Shown: positions 20,061 through 30,152 of the stretch, piece after piece
Layout: each line of letters opens with the position of its first letter
Numbering within the stretch: position 1 is the first letter of the stretch
Assembly: GCA_963847185.1 (NCBI GenBank)
Contig: CAWJYV010000008.1
Span: 768,001-832,000, forward strand
Direction of reading: 5' to 3'
Source: an uncultured Methanosarcinaceae archaeon
Lineage (GTDB): Archaea > Halobacteriota > Methanosarcinia > Methanosarcinales > Methanosarcinaceae
DNA: 64,000 bases
The notes under the pieces: model-generated
What the model saw: only the letters and a program-made list of their open reading frames with translations
Database searches by the model: none
What the model was told of the DNA's origin: nothing
Position numbers and translations under genes: made by a program

Positions 20061-21068
20061 TCATTCCTCTTCGGTTTCTTCGATTTCATCTTCAAGAGCG
20101 ATATCTTTTGATGTTACACCAAGGGAAGCCTCAAGAATTTTCTTTGTCTTTTCCCTGCATTTGCCCAGCACTTCTTCCATATCGGCGATCACATCAATTC
20201 CGGCAGCTCCTGAATGCCCTCCACCGGTGCCGTTGTATTCGTTGCTGATATCTTCCATCAGCTGGCCTAGATTAACTCCTGCACTTACAGCATCACGCTT
20301 TGCCCTTGCACTTATTCGAACGCTTTCACCTCTGGTTGTGCCAACAAAAGCAACATCTGCTCCAATGTTTATAAGCATCGATGATGCCGAGCCTCCGAAT
20401 GAACTTACATGGGAAGATGCGATAAGCATGTCCTGCACTCTATCAAGCTCAAGGCGGCTTGCCGCTTTCAGGATGGCTATACGCATTGAAATATCCTGTG
20501 GGGTAGCGGCCATAAGATCCAGCACTTCTCCATATTCAACTCCGCTGGCCTCTATGATCTTTGCCACTGTACGAAAAGTATCTGCTGACGCATGTTTGAA
20601 ATGTCCGGTATCAGTTACTATCCCCGTAAGCATCCCGATTCCCATTCTTCTGTTAATCGGTGCCCCGATTGATTTTAAAATATCATATACTATTTCCACA
20701 GTAGATGTAGTATTCCTGTGCAGGTAAAATTCGGCATTTTCTGTCAGGGCAGTAGTTGCATGGTGATCTATCACACAATAACTGGTAAGCTCTATCTCAT
20801 TTAATTGTGCCTTTGTCGAAGTATCAACTACGACAACAAAACCATAATTTGCAGGGTTCGGCTTATCCACTACTTCTATACCAAGTCTTTCAATCAGGAC
20901 AGATGCCACACGGTTACAGCCGTCTACAAGTCCGACTGTGCCTCCTATCGCTTGAGACAGGGCAAAAGCACTGCTAACCGCGTCCGGATCTGCGTTCCGG
21001 TGGCACAAATATAAAATGTTTCGATAGTCAAGGAGCCGGTTGAAAAACTCCGCTTCGTCAATTTGCAT
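20061..21068 (-). CDS. DHH/DHHA1 family phosphoesterase (NrnA-like)
   Basis: HRNADPDA, VVDT, IDHH, TDTG and GGGH..AAG motifs. Confidence 0.92.
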   Translation of the reverse strand: MQIDEAEFFNRLLDYRNILYLCHRNADPDAVSSAFALSQAIGGTVGLVDGCNRVASVLIERLGIEVVDKPNPANYGFVVVVDTSTKAQLNEIELTSYCVIDHHATTALTENAEFYLHRNTTSTVEIVYDILKSIGAPINRRMGIGMLTGIVTDTGHFKHASADTFRTVAKIIEASGVEYGEVLDLMAATPQDISMRIAILKAASRLELDRVQDMLIASSHVSSFGGSASSMLINIGADVAFVGTTRGESVRISARAKRDAVSAGVNLGQLMEDISNEYNGTGGGHSGAAGIDVIADMEEVLGKCREKTKKILEASLGVTSKDIALEDEIEETEEE

Positions 21069-21191
21069 TGTCCACTCTGGCTACCGGTTTTATAACGTCA
21101 ATCTCCAAGGATCTGAAAATCTTCCAGGGTCTCAGCAAATTCTAATAAACTGAGTTTTCCTATTTCATATATATGGGAAATAAGAGCTAAA

Positions 21192-21545
21192 TTATTGTGC
21201 CCTGGAGCCCAGTGCCTGCTGGATCTGCTCCTGAAGCTGTTTAAAGCGTGATGTGAGTCTTTCCTCCTGCCTGGAGATGGACTGAAGCCTTAATGAAAGA
21301 GTTTCTTCTCTGTCTTTTAATTTTGAAACAGATTCCTCTTTGCTTGTTTTTATTACAAGCTCCCCTACATTCCGATAGACCACTGCATCGTCAGTAAGTC
21401 TTCCTAACTCTTCAAGAGCCATCTTGGACTCCTTCTGCATAGCTTCAATCTGGGATTTCTGCATGGTTAGAGCCTGGATCTGCTGCTGTACCTGCTGAAG
21501 CTGTGCTATCTGGTTCTGGATTTGAGGGGGTAATTCTGCAGTCAT
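21192..21545 (-). CDS. pfdB: Prefoldin beta subunit
   Basis: Gln-rich coiled coils around a VYRNVGELVIK hairpin; 117 aa. Confidence 0.95.
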   Translation of the reverse strand: MTAELPPQIQNQIAQLQQVQQQIQALTMQKSQIEAMQKESKMALEELGRLTDDAVVYRNVGELVIKTSKEESVSKLKDREETLSLRLQSISRQEERLTSRFKQLQEQIQQALGSRAQ

Positions 21546-21843
21546 ATAATTTTCACCTGAGTCCTCAATAAACCTGAAGAGATTTTAATGTTTCTGTCCT
21601 TCCAGCATCCGACAGCCTCTTCCCCATACAAGGTTAGTTCGAAAGTTTCTCCAAATTAAACAATAAGTTCATATTAATTGATTAACAGTATAATAATTAT
21701 TGATCTAGGATGAAATTAAACTTAACTAATCCTGAACGTGATGATTGTAAAAATCGCTTAGCAAAGCAAAATTATATGTGAGTAATTATACTAATCTTCA
21801 TCAAGAGCTCAATTATAAACTCTAAACTAATATCAGGAGATAT

Positions 21844-22923
21844 TTGAAAATGGATAAAGGCGGAAACCTTAGAGAAATAAAGTCCCTTCTTGAAAAATTC
21901 ACAAACGCTCATGGAATTTCAGGCTCAGAAGATGATATCCGGGAACTTCTTGAAATGGAACTTGAACCTTACGTTGACAATATCCGAAAAGATGTCATGG
22001 GAAACCTTATAGCTGTCAAAAAAGGGGAAGGCCCTTCTATTATGCTGGCTGCTCATATGGACGAAATTGGGCTTATGGTGAGGTATATCGATGACAATGG
22101 TTTCCTCCGTTTTGTTGGGATCGGAGGGTGGTTCGATCAAACTCTTCTCAACCAGAGAGTTATAGTCCACGGAAAGAAGGGTTCCATTCCCGGAGTTATT
22201 GGATCCAAGCCTCCTCATGTAATGAAAGACGAAGACAGGAAAAAGCCTGTGAAACTGGAAGATATGTTTATTGACATTGGAGCAAAGGACAGGGAGGATG
22301 CTGAGAATCTAGGAATTGAAATAGGTACAGAGGCTTCTATTGACAGGGAATTTGTGTCCCTGGCAAATGGGAAGGTGACTTCCAAGGCATTTGACGATCG
22401 TGCAGGAATTGTGATCCTTATTGAAGTTATGAAGCGGCTCTCTAAACATAAGATTGAAGCTAACATTTATGCCGTAGGTACAGTTCAGGAAGAGGTAGGA
22501 CTCAAGGGAGCGAAAACCTGCGCTTTTGGAATTTGTCCGGTCGTTGCTCTTGCCCTTGATACCACCATTCCAGGAGATCATCCCGGTATTAGCAAAACCG
22601 ATTCGTCCCTTGAACTTGGGAAAGGACCTGTAATAACTGTAGCCGATGCATCGGGAAGAGGTCTTATAGCTCATCCTCAGATCCTCAAATGGCTTAAAGA
22701 AACGGCTGCCGAAAACAAGATCCCGTATCAACTGGGAGTTGGTTCGGGCGGCACTACTGATGCAACTTCAATACACCTCACAAAGGAAGGCATTCCTACA
22801 GGTACTGTCAGCATAGCTACTAGATATATTCACTCTCCTGTTGAAGTTCTGGACATTGCAGACATAGAATCCTGTGTTTCCCTGATTGTAAAGGCAATAG
22901 AAAATGTAAAAAGGTATTTCTAA
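21844..22923 (+). CDS. M42 family metalloaminopeptidase (TET/FrvX-like)
   Basis: AAHMDEIG, KAFDDRAG, QEEVG and RYIHS motifs. Confidence 0.93.
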   Translation: MKMDKGGNLREIKSLLEKFTNAHGISGSEDDIRELLEMELEPYVDNIRKDVMGNLIAVKKGEGPSIMLAAHMDEIGLMVRYIDDNGFLRFVGIGGWFDQTLLNQRVIVHGKKGSIPGVIGSKPPHVMKDEDRKKPVKLEDMFIDIGAKDREDAENLGIEIGTEASIDREFVSLANGKVTSKAFDDRAGIVILIEVMKRLSKHKIEANIYAVGTVQEEVGLKGAKTCAFGICPVVALALDTTIPGDHPGISKTDSSLELGKGPVITVADASGRGLIAHPQILKWLKETAAENKIPYQLGVGSGGTTDATSIHLTKEGIPTGTVSIATRYIHSPVEVLDIADIESCVSLIVKAIENVKRYF

Positions 22924-23311
22924 ATTTTTATAGGAATTTTCTAAAAATATTTCCTTGAAATTTCGAGAAAACTCTATTTTGAGGAAATCTCCGTTTTTTA
23001 TTTCTATTTTTTCTTCCAATTAAAGAATCATACAGCTATAATTACAGAATGAAAGCTTATCTCTTTCTTAAAAACCAGATCTATTGTTAACTGGAAACTA
23101 AAAATACTAGGTCTACCTATTGAAAAGGAGTTTCAAATATAGCCAGCACTGTTTCGTGAATTTTCTGAAAGAGTCGGGCTTCTAAGAAAAGATTTATCAT
23201 GTATAATAAGCATGATTCTGTAAAATAGGTGCAAATAGTATAAAATAGTTTTATATTATTCCCCTGTTTTACAAAATGAAGTTACCATAATAGAAAAAAA
23301 ACTGAGGGATT

Positions 23312-24799
23312 ATATTATTCGAAAATATCCGCTTTCTGGATACCACTTTGAGAGATGGTGAACAAACACCCGGAGTAGCCCTGACAAGAGAAAAGAAGCT
23401 CTTAATTGCACGGGCCCTTGATGAATTGGGGGTCTCGGTAATAGAAGCAGGCTCTGCTATAACTTCCGAGGGTGAAAGAGAATCGATCAAGGCTGTCGCA
23501 AATGCAGGTTTAGATGCCGAAATCTGCAGTTACTGCAGGATTGTGAAGATGGACGTTGACCACGCCCTTGAATGCGACGTTGATTCTATTCACCTTGTAT
23601 CGCCGGTCTCGGACCTGCATATCAGAACAAAGATCAAAAAGGATAGAGAGGCAGTAAGGCAGATCGTAGCCGAAGTAACGGAGTATGCCAAGGACCACGG
23701 CCTTATTGTAGAACTGAGTGGTGAAGATGCTTCTCGAGCAGATCTTGAGTTCTTAAAGGCTCTGTATGCGGACGGAATAGATGCAGGAGCTGACAGGTTA
23801 TGTTTCTGCGATACTGTAGGCCTTCTGGTGCCTGAAAGAACCACCGAGATTTTCCGGGACCTATCGGCTTCCCTTAAGGCTCCTATCAGTATTCATTGCC
23901 ACAACGATTTCGGTTTAGCAACTGCAAACACGGTTGCTGCCCTTGCGGCAGGAGCAAAGCAGGCTCACGTAACTGTAAACGGCTTAGGTGAAAGAGCAGG
24001 AAATGCAGCTCTGGAAGAAGTGGTCATGAATCTTGAATGGCTTTACAAGTATGACACCGGGATTAAGCATGAGATGCTTTACCGTACTTCAAGGCTTGTA
24101 AGCCGGCTTACAGGAGTTCCCGTATCCCCTAATAAGGCTCTTGTTGGAGGAAATGCGTTTACCCACGAAGCAGGTATTCATGTCCATGGCCTTCTCGCCG
24201 ACAAGGCAACCTACGAGCCAATGAGCCCTGAGTATATAGGAAGGCAGCGTCAGATCGTACTTGGTAAACATGCCGGAAGGAGCTCGATTACCCTTGCTTT
24301 AAAGGAAATGGGGCTTTCCGCTGATGACGCCCAAACAGAGGAGATTTTCATCAGGGTTAAGCAAATGGGTGACCAGGGTAAGCATATAACTGATGCTGAT
24401 CTGCAGACAATAGCAGAAACCGTGCTTGATATCTATAAAGAACCCCTGGTAAAATTAGAGGAATTTACCATTGTATCCGGAAATCGGGTGACTCCAACCG
24501 CTTCCATAAAGCTCAGTGTGAAAGACAAAGTGATAGTACAGGCCGGAATTGGGAATGGGCCTGTAGATGCTGTAATCAATTCTATCCGAAGAGCTGTAAG
24601 TTCCTGTGCGGAAGATATCATCCTTGAAGAATATCACGTAGACTCCATCACCGGCGGAACTGATGCCCTTGTAGAAGTAAGGGTAAAACTTTCCAAGGAC
24701 GGAAAGGTAATCACCGCAAGTGGAGCCAGAACGGACATCATCATGGCCTCTGTAGAAGCTGTGATGAACGGTATGAACCGCCTCATCCGAGTAGAGTGA
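23312..24799 (+). CDS. cimA: (R)-citramalate synthase (LeuA family); start probably non-canonical, upstream of TTG 23348
   Basis: DTTLRDGEQ, HCHND, GERAGNA, HEAGIH and LeuA-type regulatory domain; next to ilvBN/ilvC. The frame stays open upstream to TGA at 23303. Confidence 0.85.
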   Translation: MLFENIRFLDTTLRDGEQTPGVALTREKKLLIARALDELGVSVIEAGSAITSEGERESIKAVANAGLDAEICSYCRIVKMDVDHALECDVDSIHLVSPVSDLHIRTKIKKDREAVRQIVAEVTEYAKDHGLIVELSGEDASRADLEFLKALYADGIDAGADRLCFCDTVGLLVPERTTEIFRDLSASLKAPISIHCHNDFGLATANTVAALAAGAKQAHVTVNGLGERAGNAALEEVVMNLEWLYKYDTGIKHEMLYRTSRLVSRLTGVPVSPNKALVGGNAFTHEAGIHVHGLLADKATYEPMSPEYIGRQRQIVLGKHAGRSSITLALKEMGLSADDAQTEEIFIRVKQMGDQGKHITDADLQTIAETVLDIYKEPLVKLEEFTIVSGNRVTPTASIKLSVKDKVIVQAGIGNGPVDAVINSIRRAVSSCAEDIILEEYHVDSITGGTDALVEVRVKLSKDGKVITASGARTDIIMASVEAVMNGMNRLIRVE

Positions 24800-24939
24800 T
24801 TTCCAGAAAGGATTGAGCTTCAAAAGTTTCTCAGGGGAACTTTTCCGTTCCCTCTCTTTTTCCTTTTGTAGAAATTTTTGGAATGATAAGTTCTGTTATT
24901 TCTGGAATCCGAAGAAACCCTCATCCATATATACATGAT

Positions 24940-24971
24940 TGATTATGATGTATTTTGATTATGATGTATTT
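24940..24971. repeat. 16-bp tandem direct repeat at the ilvB1 promoter
   Basis: TGATTATGATGTATTT twice, running into TTTATAAA. Confidence 0.75.
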
Positions 24972-25109
24972 ATAAAATTCATAACAAAGCTTGTGAGTGT
25001 GAGAGATAAAAAAGTATTTCTGATAAACACACCTTACTGGAAGCTTGCTCATCTTTCAGGTGAGTATCCAGTTAAAACAACATTTCATGAGATAAGAAGG
25101 AGTTAAATA

Positions 25110-26876
25110 ATGACAACCGGGTCAACAGAAAAAGTTAATGGCGCAAGGGCTTTGATAATGTCCCTGGAAGAAGAAAGGGTTGACACCCTCTTCGGATATC
25201 CGGGTGGGCAGATCATTCCCTTTTACAACGAACTCTATGATTCAAGTCTGCGCCACATACTTGTACGCCATGAACAGGCAGCAGCTCATGCTGCGGACGG
25301 GTACGCCCGTGCTACTGGAAAGACCGGGGTCTGCGTTTCCACCTCAGGTCCCGGAGCAACTAACCTGGTAACAGGCATTGCTACCGCATATATGGACTCT
25401 GTACCTATCGTAGCCTTAACAGGCCAGGTTCCGAATTTCCTTATCGGTAATGATGCTTTCCAGGAAGCAGATATTACGGGAATTACCCTGCCCATTACCA
25501 AGCACAACTACCTCGTACAGGATGCTAAAGAACTCCCCAGAATTGTAAAAGAAGCCTTCCATATTGCTTCTACCGGAAGGCCTGGCCCGGTATTAATTGA
25601 CCTTCCAAAAGACGTTCAGAACGCGGAGATTGATTTTTATTACCCTGACAAGGTAGAGCTGAGAGGGTATAAGCCTACCTATAAGGGCAATATCCAGCAG
25701 ATCAAACGCGCTGCCGAGGAAATTGCAAACTCCTCAATGCCTATAATTTACGCAGGCGGTGGAGTGGTCAGTTCTAATGCTAGCGGTGAACTTGTGGAAC
25801 TGGCAGAAACTATCAATGCTCCGGTTACGACGACCCTTCTGGGAATAAGCTCGATTCCAACACAGCATCCACTGTATGTCGGGATGCTCGGAATGCACGG
25901 GACCAAATACGCAAACTACGCAATTCAAGAATCAGATCTTATTATTGCTGTGGGTGCAAGGTTTGATGACCGCGTGACCGGTAAACTCGAGTCTTTTGCT
26001 CCAAATGCCAGAATTATCCATATTGACGTCGACCCTGCTGAAATCTCCAAGAACGTAAAGGTTCACATTCCAATTGTCGGGGATGCAAAACAGGTACTCA
26101 AATCCCTGAATAAATATGTCAAGCACTGTAAATCCGGGGCATGGATTGAAAAAATAAATCAGTGGAAGAAAGAGTTTCCTCTAACCTACAGGAAGGGAAC
26201 TCAGAATGTAGTGATGCCTCAGTTTGTTATTGAGCAGATATCCGAAGTCTGTAAGGATGCAATCATAGTCACGGAAGTCGGACAGCACCAGATGTGGACA
26301 GCTCAGTTCTTCAAGTTCACAGATCCCCGGACTTTCCTTACATCAGGTGGGCTCGGCACAATGGGCTACGGATTCCCTGCAGCTATAGGAGCCAAGGTCG
26401 GAAGGCCGGATAAAACTGTTATTAACGTTGCAGGAGACGGATCTTTCCAGATGAACTCTCAGGAACTAGCTACTGTGGTTCAGAATGACATTCCTGTCGT
26501 TTCGGTGATCCTGAATAACGGTTACCTTGGAATGGTCAGACAGTGGCAGGAGCTTTTCTATGACAGGAGATATTCACACACCTTCATCAAGGGCAGTGTC
26601 GATTTCGTAAAGCTGGCAGAGGCCTACGGAGCTCTTGGAATACGTGTGGACAGGCCGTCCGAAGTCAGGCCTGCAATCGAGGAAGCTGTCAGGTCAGGTA
26701 GGCCGGCAGTTGTCGAAGTAATTGTTGAATGTGAAGCAAATGTCTATCCAATGGTGCCTGCAGGAGCTGCAATCAATGAGATTCTTGACATTGAAGAACA
26801 TGCAGACAGTCCCTGCGACATGCCTGATTTACGCAGTGCAAGAGCCGATGGAGTTCTTGACCTGGAGGAACACTGA
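25110..26876 (+). CDS. ilvB: Acetolactate synthase large subunit, copy 1 (C-terminally extended)
   Basis: [26 protein letters not shown] and GDGSFQM..NN ThDP motif. Confidence 0.95.
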   Translation: MTTGSTEKVNGARALIMSLEEERVDTLFGYPGGQIIPFYNELYDSSLRHILVRHEQAAAHAADGYARATGKTGVCVSTSGPGATNLVTGIATAYMDSVPIVALTGQVPNFLIGNDAFQEADITGITLPITKHNYLVQDAKELPRIVKEAFHIASTGRPGPVLIDLPKDVQNAEIDFYYPDKVELRGYKPTYKGNIQQIKRAAEEIANSSMPIIYAGGGVVSSNASGELVELAETINAPVTTTLLGISSIPTQHPLYVGMLGMHGTKYANYAIQESDLIIAVGARFDDRVTGKLESFAPNARIIHIDVDPAEISKNVKVHIPIVGDAKQVLKSLNKYVKHCKSGAWIEKINQWKKEFPLTYRKGTQNVVMPQFVIEQISEVCKDAIIVTEVGQHQMWTAQFFKFTDPRTFLTSGGLGTMGYGFPAAIGAKVGRPDKTVINVAGDGSFQMNSQELATVVQNDIPVVSVILNNGYLGMVRQWQELFYDRRYSHTFIKGSVDFVKLAEAYGALGIRVDRPSEVRPAIEEAVRSGRPAVVEVIVECEANVYPMVPAGAAINEILDIEEHADSPCDMPDLRSARADGVLDLEEH

Positions 26877-27361
26877 TGAAACATACACTCGCAGTGCTTG
26901 TGGAAAATAAGTCAGGCGTTCTTTCGAGAGTGGCTTCGCTTTTCTCCAGGCGCGGATACAATATCGACAGCCTGGCTGTGGGGATTACTGAAGACCCTGA
27001 GATTTCCAGAATGACCATTGTGGTCCACGGAGATGATCATGTTCTTGAGCAGGTCACAAAACAGCTGAACAAGCTTATCGACGTGATCAAGGTCTCGGAT
27101 ATAGGAGCCGATGACTCGGTTGAAAGGGAACTGGCCCTTATCAAGGTATCAGCTGATGTAGATACAAGAGCCGAAATTATCCAGATTGCAGATATCTTCA
27201 GGGCAAGGATAGTAGATGTGGCTCCCAAGTCAATGACTGTCGAGGTAACCGGAGATGAAGGCAAGATTAATGCTATCGAAAAACTCCTCCGGCAGTTCGG
27301 GATCAAAGAAATGGTCCGGACAGGTAAGATTGCCCTGGTTCGCGGCCCAAAGAAGGTTTGA
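26876..27361 (+). CDS. ilvN: Acetolactate synthase small (regulatory) subunit, copy 1
   Basis: [24 protein letters not shown] domain, ERELALIKV. Confidence 0.95.
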   Translation: MKHTLAVLVENKSGVLSRVASLFSRRGYNIDSLAVGITEDPEISRMTIVVHGDDHVLEQVTKQLNKLIDVIKVSDIGADDSVERELALIKVSADVDTRAEIIQIADIFRARIVDVAPKSMTVEVTGDEGKINAIEKLLRQFGIKEMVRTGKIALVRGPKKV

Positions 27362-27420
27362 ATGTTAGTCTTCTCAAGAAACTATTCAGTGTATTTAAAA
27401 TAGGTCTAAGATACTGATTT

Positions 27421-27586
27421 GAAATTGTCAAAAACATTTGATTACCAGCCCATAAAAAATTAAAAAAACAATCAATAGCCATCAGTTACGGATTATGGAT
27501 CTCCAACTTATCCATTAAATCTTAACTATGATGGCTAATGATGTTGTTTTACTCCGGCTGATAGTTTTTGTTTTCAATTGACATTC
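27421..27586. repeat. Long imperfect inverted repeat (~165-nt fold-back)
   Basis: Nested stems TGTCAA/TTGACA, CAGCC/GGCTG, TAGCCATCA/TGATGGCTA, AGTTA/TAACT and ATGGAT/ATCCAT. Confidence 0.8.
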
Positions 27587-27667
27587 TTTTTTCCAATTTT
27601 CTCAGGTATATACGATAGTTTGAAGATCAGTGGTGGGGTCTCTATCTAAGATTACTCAAGGAGATTT

Positions 27668-29362
27668 ATGATGACAATAGGGTCACCAGAGAAAGTTACT
27701 GGCGCCAGGGCTTTGATAAAAAGCCTTGAAAAAGAGGATGTTACCACCATGTTTGGTTATCCTGGCGCAGCACTGATCCAGATATATGACGAACTTTACG
27801 AGTCCGATCTTCGCCACGTACTTGTGCGCCATGAGCAGGCAGCTGTACATGCTGCAGATGGCTATGCTCGTGTAACAGGTAAAACTGGAGTATGTATGGC
27901 TACCTCTGGCCCCGGAGCAACCAATTTAGTAACCGGAATTGCAACTGCTTATATGGATTCCGTACCTGTAGTCGCGCTTACCGGTCAGGTCCCTCACTCT
28001 ATTATCGGGAATGATTGTTTTCAGGAAGCTGATATCACTGGGATTACTCTTCCCATTACAAAACACAGGTATCTAGTGCCGGAAGCAAAGGATCTGCCCC
28101 AAATAGTAAAAGAAGCTTTCTACATAGCCTCTACCGGCAGGCCGGGCCCTGTATTGATCGACATGCCAAAGGATGTGATCAACGGAGAATTTGAGTATCA
28201 TAATGTGGAAACCGTTAAACTTCGGGGTTACAGGCCTACATATCGTGGGAATGTTCAGCAGATCAAAAAGGCAGCCGAAGAAATCGCAAAATCCGTAAAT
28301 CCAGTAATTTATGCTGGTGGTGGAGTTATCAGTTCCAACGCAAGCGTCGAACTTGTGGAACTTGCCGAAACCTTGATGGCGCCTGTAACTACAACGCTTA
28401 TGGGCATAGGTTCAATCCCTGCCGAACACCCTCTTAATCTCGGGATGCTCGGAATGCATGGAAGCAAGTATGCAAATTACTCGGTTCAGGAATCCGACCT
28501 TCTCATTGCTGTCGGCGCCAGATTTGATGATAGGGTTACCGGAAGACTCCAGTCCTTTGCTCCGAACGCGAAAATTATCCACATTGATATTGATCCTGCT
28601 GAGATCTCAAAGAACGTGCCTGCACATGTTCCTATTGTTGGGGACGCTAAAATAATTCTCAAGTCTCTGATAAAACACGTAAAACAGTGCAGTTCCGAAG
28701 CCTGGCTTGAGAAAATCAGTCAGTGGAAGCGCGAATACCCTCTTTCTTACGAGCAGGGGAAAGCGATAAAACCTCAGTTTGTCATCGAGCAGATATCGGA
28801 AGCTTGCAAGGATGCAATCATCGTTACGGAGGTAGGGCAACATCAGATGTGGGCAGCTCAGTTTTTTAAATATCGCAACCCTCGTACCTTCATCACTTCA
28901 GGCGGACTCGGGACAATGGGTTACGGATTTCCTGCTGCAATAGGGGCCAAGCTAGGTAAGCCCGACAAAGTGGTCTTTGACATTTCAGGAGATGGTTCCT
29001 TCCAGATGAACTCCCAGGAACTTGCAACTGCTGTTCAGAACGACGTTCCTGTTATTTCGGTTATTCTGAATAACGGTTATCTGGGCATGGTCAGGCAGTG
29101 GCAGGAACTCTTCTATGATAGAAGGTATTCTCACACCTGCATAAAGGGAAGCGTGGATTTTGTCAAACTTGCTGAAGCTTATGGCGCTCTCGGGCTTCGG
29201 GTTGAACGTCCATCGGAGATTCTGCCTGCAATCAAAGAAGCAATTGCGTCAGGGCGTCCAACTGTTATTGATGTAGTTGTCGAATGTGAGGAAAACGTAT
29301 CACCCATGGTGCCGGCAGGAGCAGCAATTAATGAGTTCGTTGACCTGGAGGGAAACAAATGA
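27668..29362 (+). CDS. ilvB: Acetolactate synthase large subunit, copy 2
   Basis: Same motifs as copy 1; 564 aa; AGGAG RBS. Confidence 0.95.
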   Translation: MMTIGSPEKVTGARALIKSLEKEDVTTMFGYPGAALIQIYDELYESDLRHVLVRHEQAAVHAADGYARVTGKTGVCMATSGPGATNLVTGIATAYMDSVPVVALTGQVPHSIIGNDCFQEADITGITLPITKHRYLVPEAKDLPQIVKEAFYIASTGRPGPVLIDMPKDVINGEFEYHNVETVKLRGYRPTYRGNVQQIKKAAEEIAKSVNPVIYAGGGVISSNASVELVELAETLMAPVTTTLMGIGSIPAEHPLNLGMLGMHGSKYANYSVQESDLLIAVGARFDDRVTGRLQSFAPNAKIIHIDIDPAEISKNVPAHVPIVGDAKIILKSLIKHVKQCSSEAWLEKISQWKREYPLSYEQGKAIKPQFVIEQISEACKDAIIVTEVGQHQMWAAQFFKYRNPRTFITSGGLGTMGYGFPAAIGAKLGKPDKVVFDISGDGSFQMNSQELATAVQNDVPVISVILNNGYLGMVRQWQELFYDRRYSHTCIKGSVDFVKLAEAYGALGLRVERPSEILPAIKEAIASGRPTVIDVVVECEENVSPMVPAGAAINEFVDLEGNK

Positions 29363-29847
29363 AAAAGCACACACTTGCAGTTCTGGTTGAAAACAGATCC
29401 GGAGTCCTGGCAAGGGTTGCTGGGCTCTTTTCCAGGCGTGGATACAATATTGACAGCCTTGCAGTAGGCATTACGGAAGATCCCGAGATTTCCCGCATGA
29501 CAATAGTAGTCCAGGGAGGCGAAGCAGTCCTCGAGCAGGTCACAAAACAGTTTAATAAGCTCGTTGATGTGATCAAGGTTTCGGATATCGGAGAAGATGA
29601 TGCTGTAGAAAGGGAACTTGCTCTCATTAAAGTGGCAGCTGACGTAAACACCCGAGTTGAGATCATTCAGATTGCGGATATCTTCAGGGCTCGGATAATA
29701 GATATGGCTCCCAATTCAATGACTGTTGAGGTAACAGGGGATAAAGGCAAGATTGATGCTATCGAAAAACTCCTCCGGCAGTTTGGGATCAAAGAAATGG
29801 TCCGGACAGGTAAGATTGCCCTGGTTCGCGGCCCAAAGAAGGTTTAA
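29359..29847 (+). CDS. ilvN: Acetolactate synthase small subunit, copy 2
   Basis: ACT domain; ATGA overlap with ilvB2. Confidence 0.95.
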   Translation: MKKHTLAVLVENRSGVLARVAGLFSRRGYNIDSLAVGITEDPEISRMTIVVQGGEAVLEQVTKQFNKLVDVIKVSDIGEDDAVERELALIKVAADVNTRVEIIQIADIFRARIIDMAPNSMTVEVTGDKGKIDAIEKLLRQFGIKEMVRTGKIALVRGPKKV

Positions 29848-30152
29848 ATAATAAGGACAGATTATCAGAGGTAGCTGGTTAATTATTTTTCCACAAATCG
29901 GGGCAGCTGGAATCCCTTTAAAACCCTGAGATCTTCTTAAAGGTATGCTTGGAATTCCATGCCTTTCCTGAAATTTCAAAATGTTGCCTTTATCCACAAA
30001 AAGCAACTTTTGAAAATCAGCTTAATCAACTTAATTTTCAGGGATGTAGATGTATTCTATTGTATTAGAATACTTCCAAAATAATAATAATAGGAATTTC
30101 CCCTAAAAACTAAATAAATTATATTACCGAATAACTCACCAGGAGTTCAAAC

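Noticed and set aside
21706-21762. Possible C/D box sRNA (GGATGA..CTGA-AC-GTGATGA..CTTA)
   Set aside because: Terminal C and D boxes are imperfect, the guides are AT-rich with no identifiable target, and the region looks like a divergent promoter or leader
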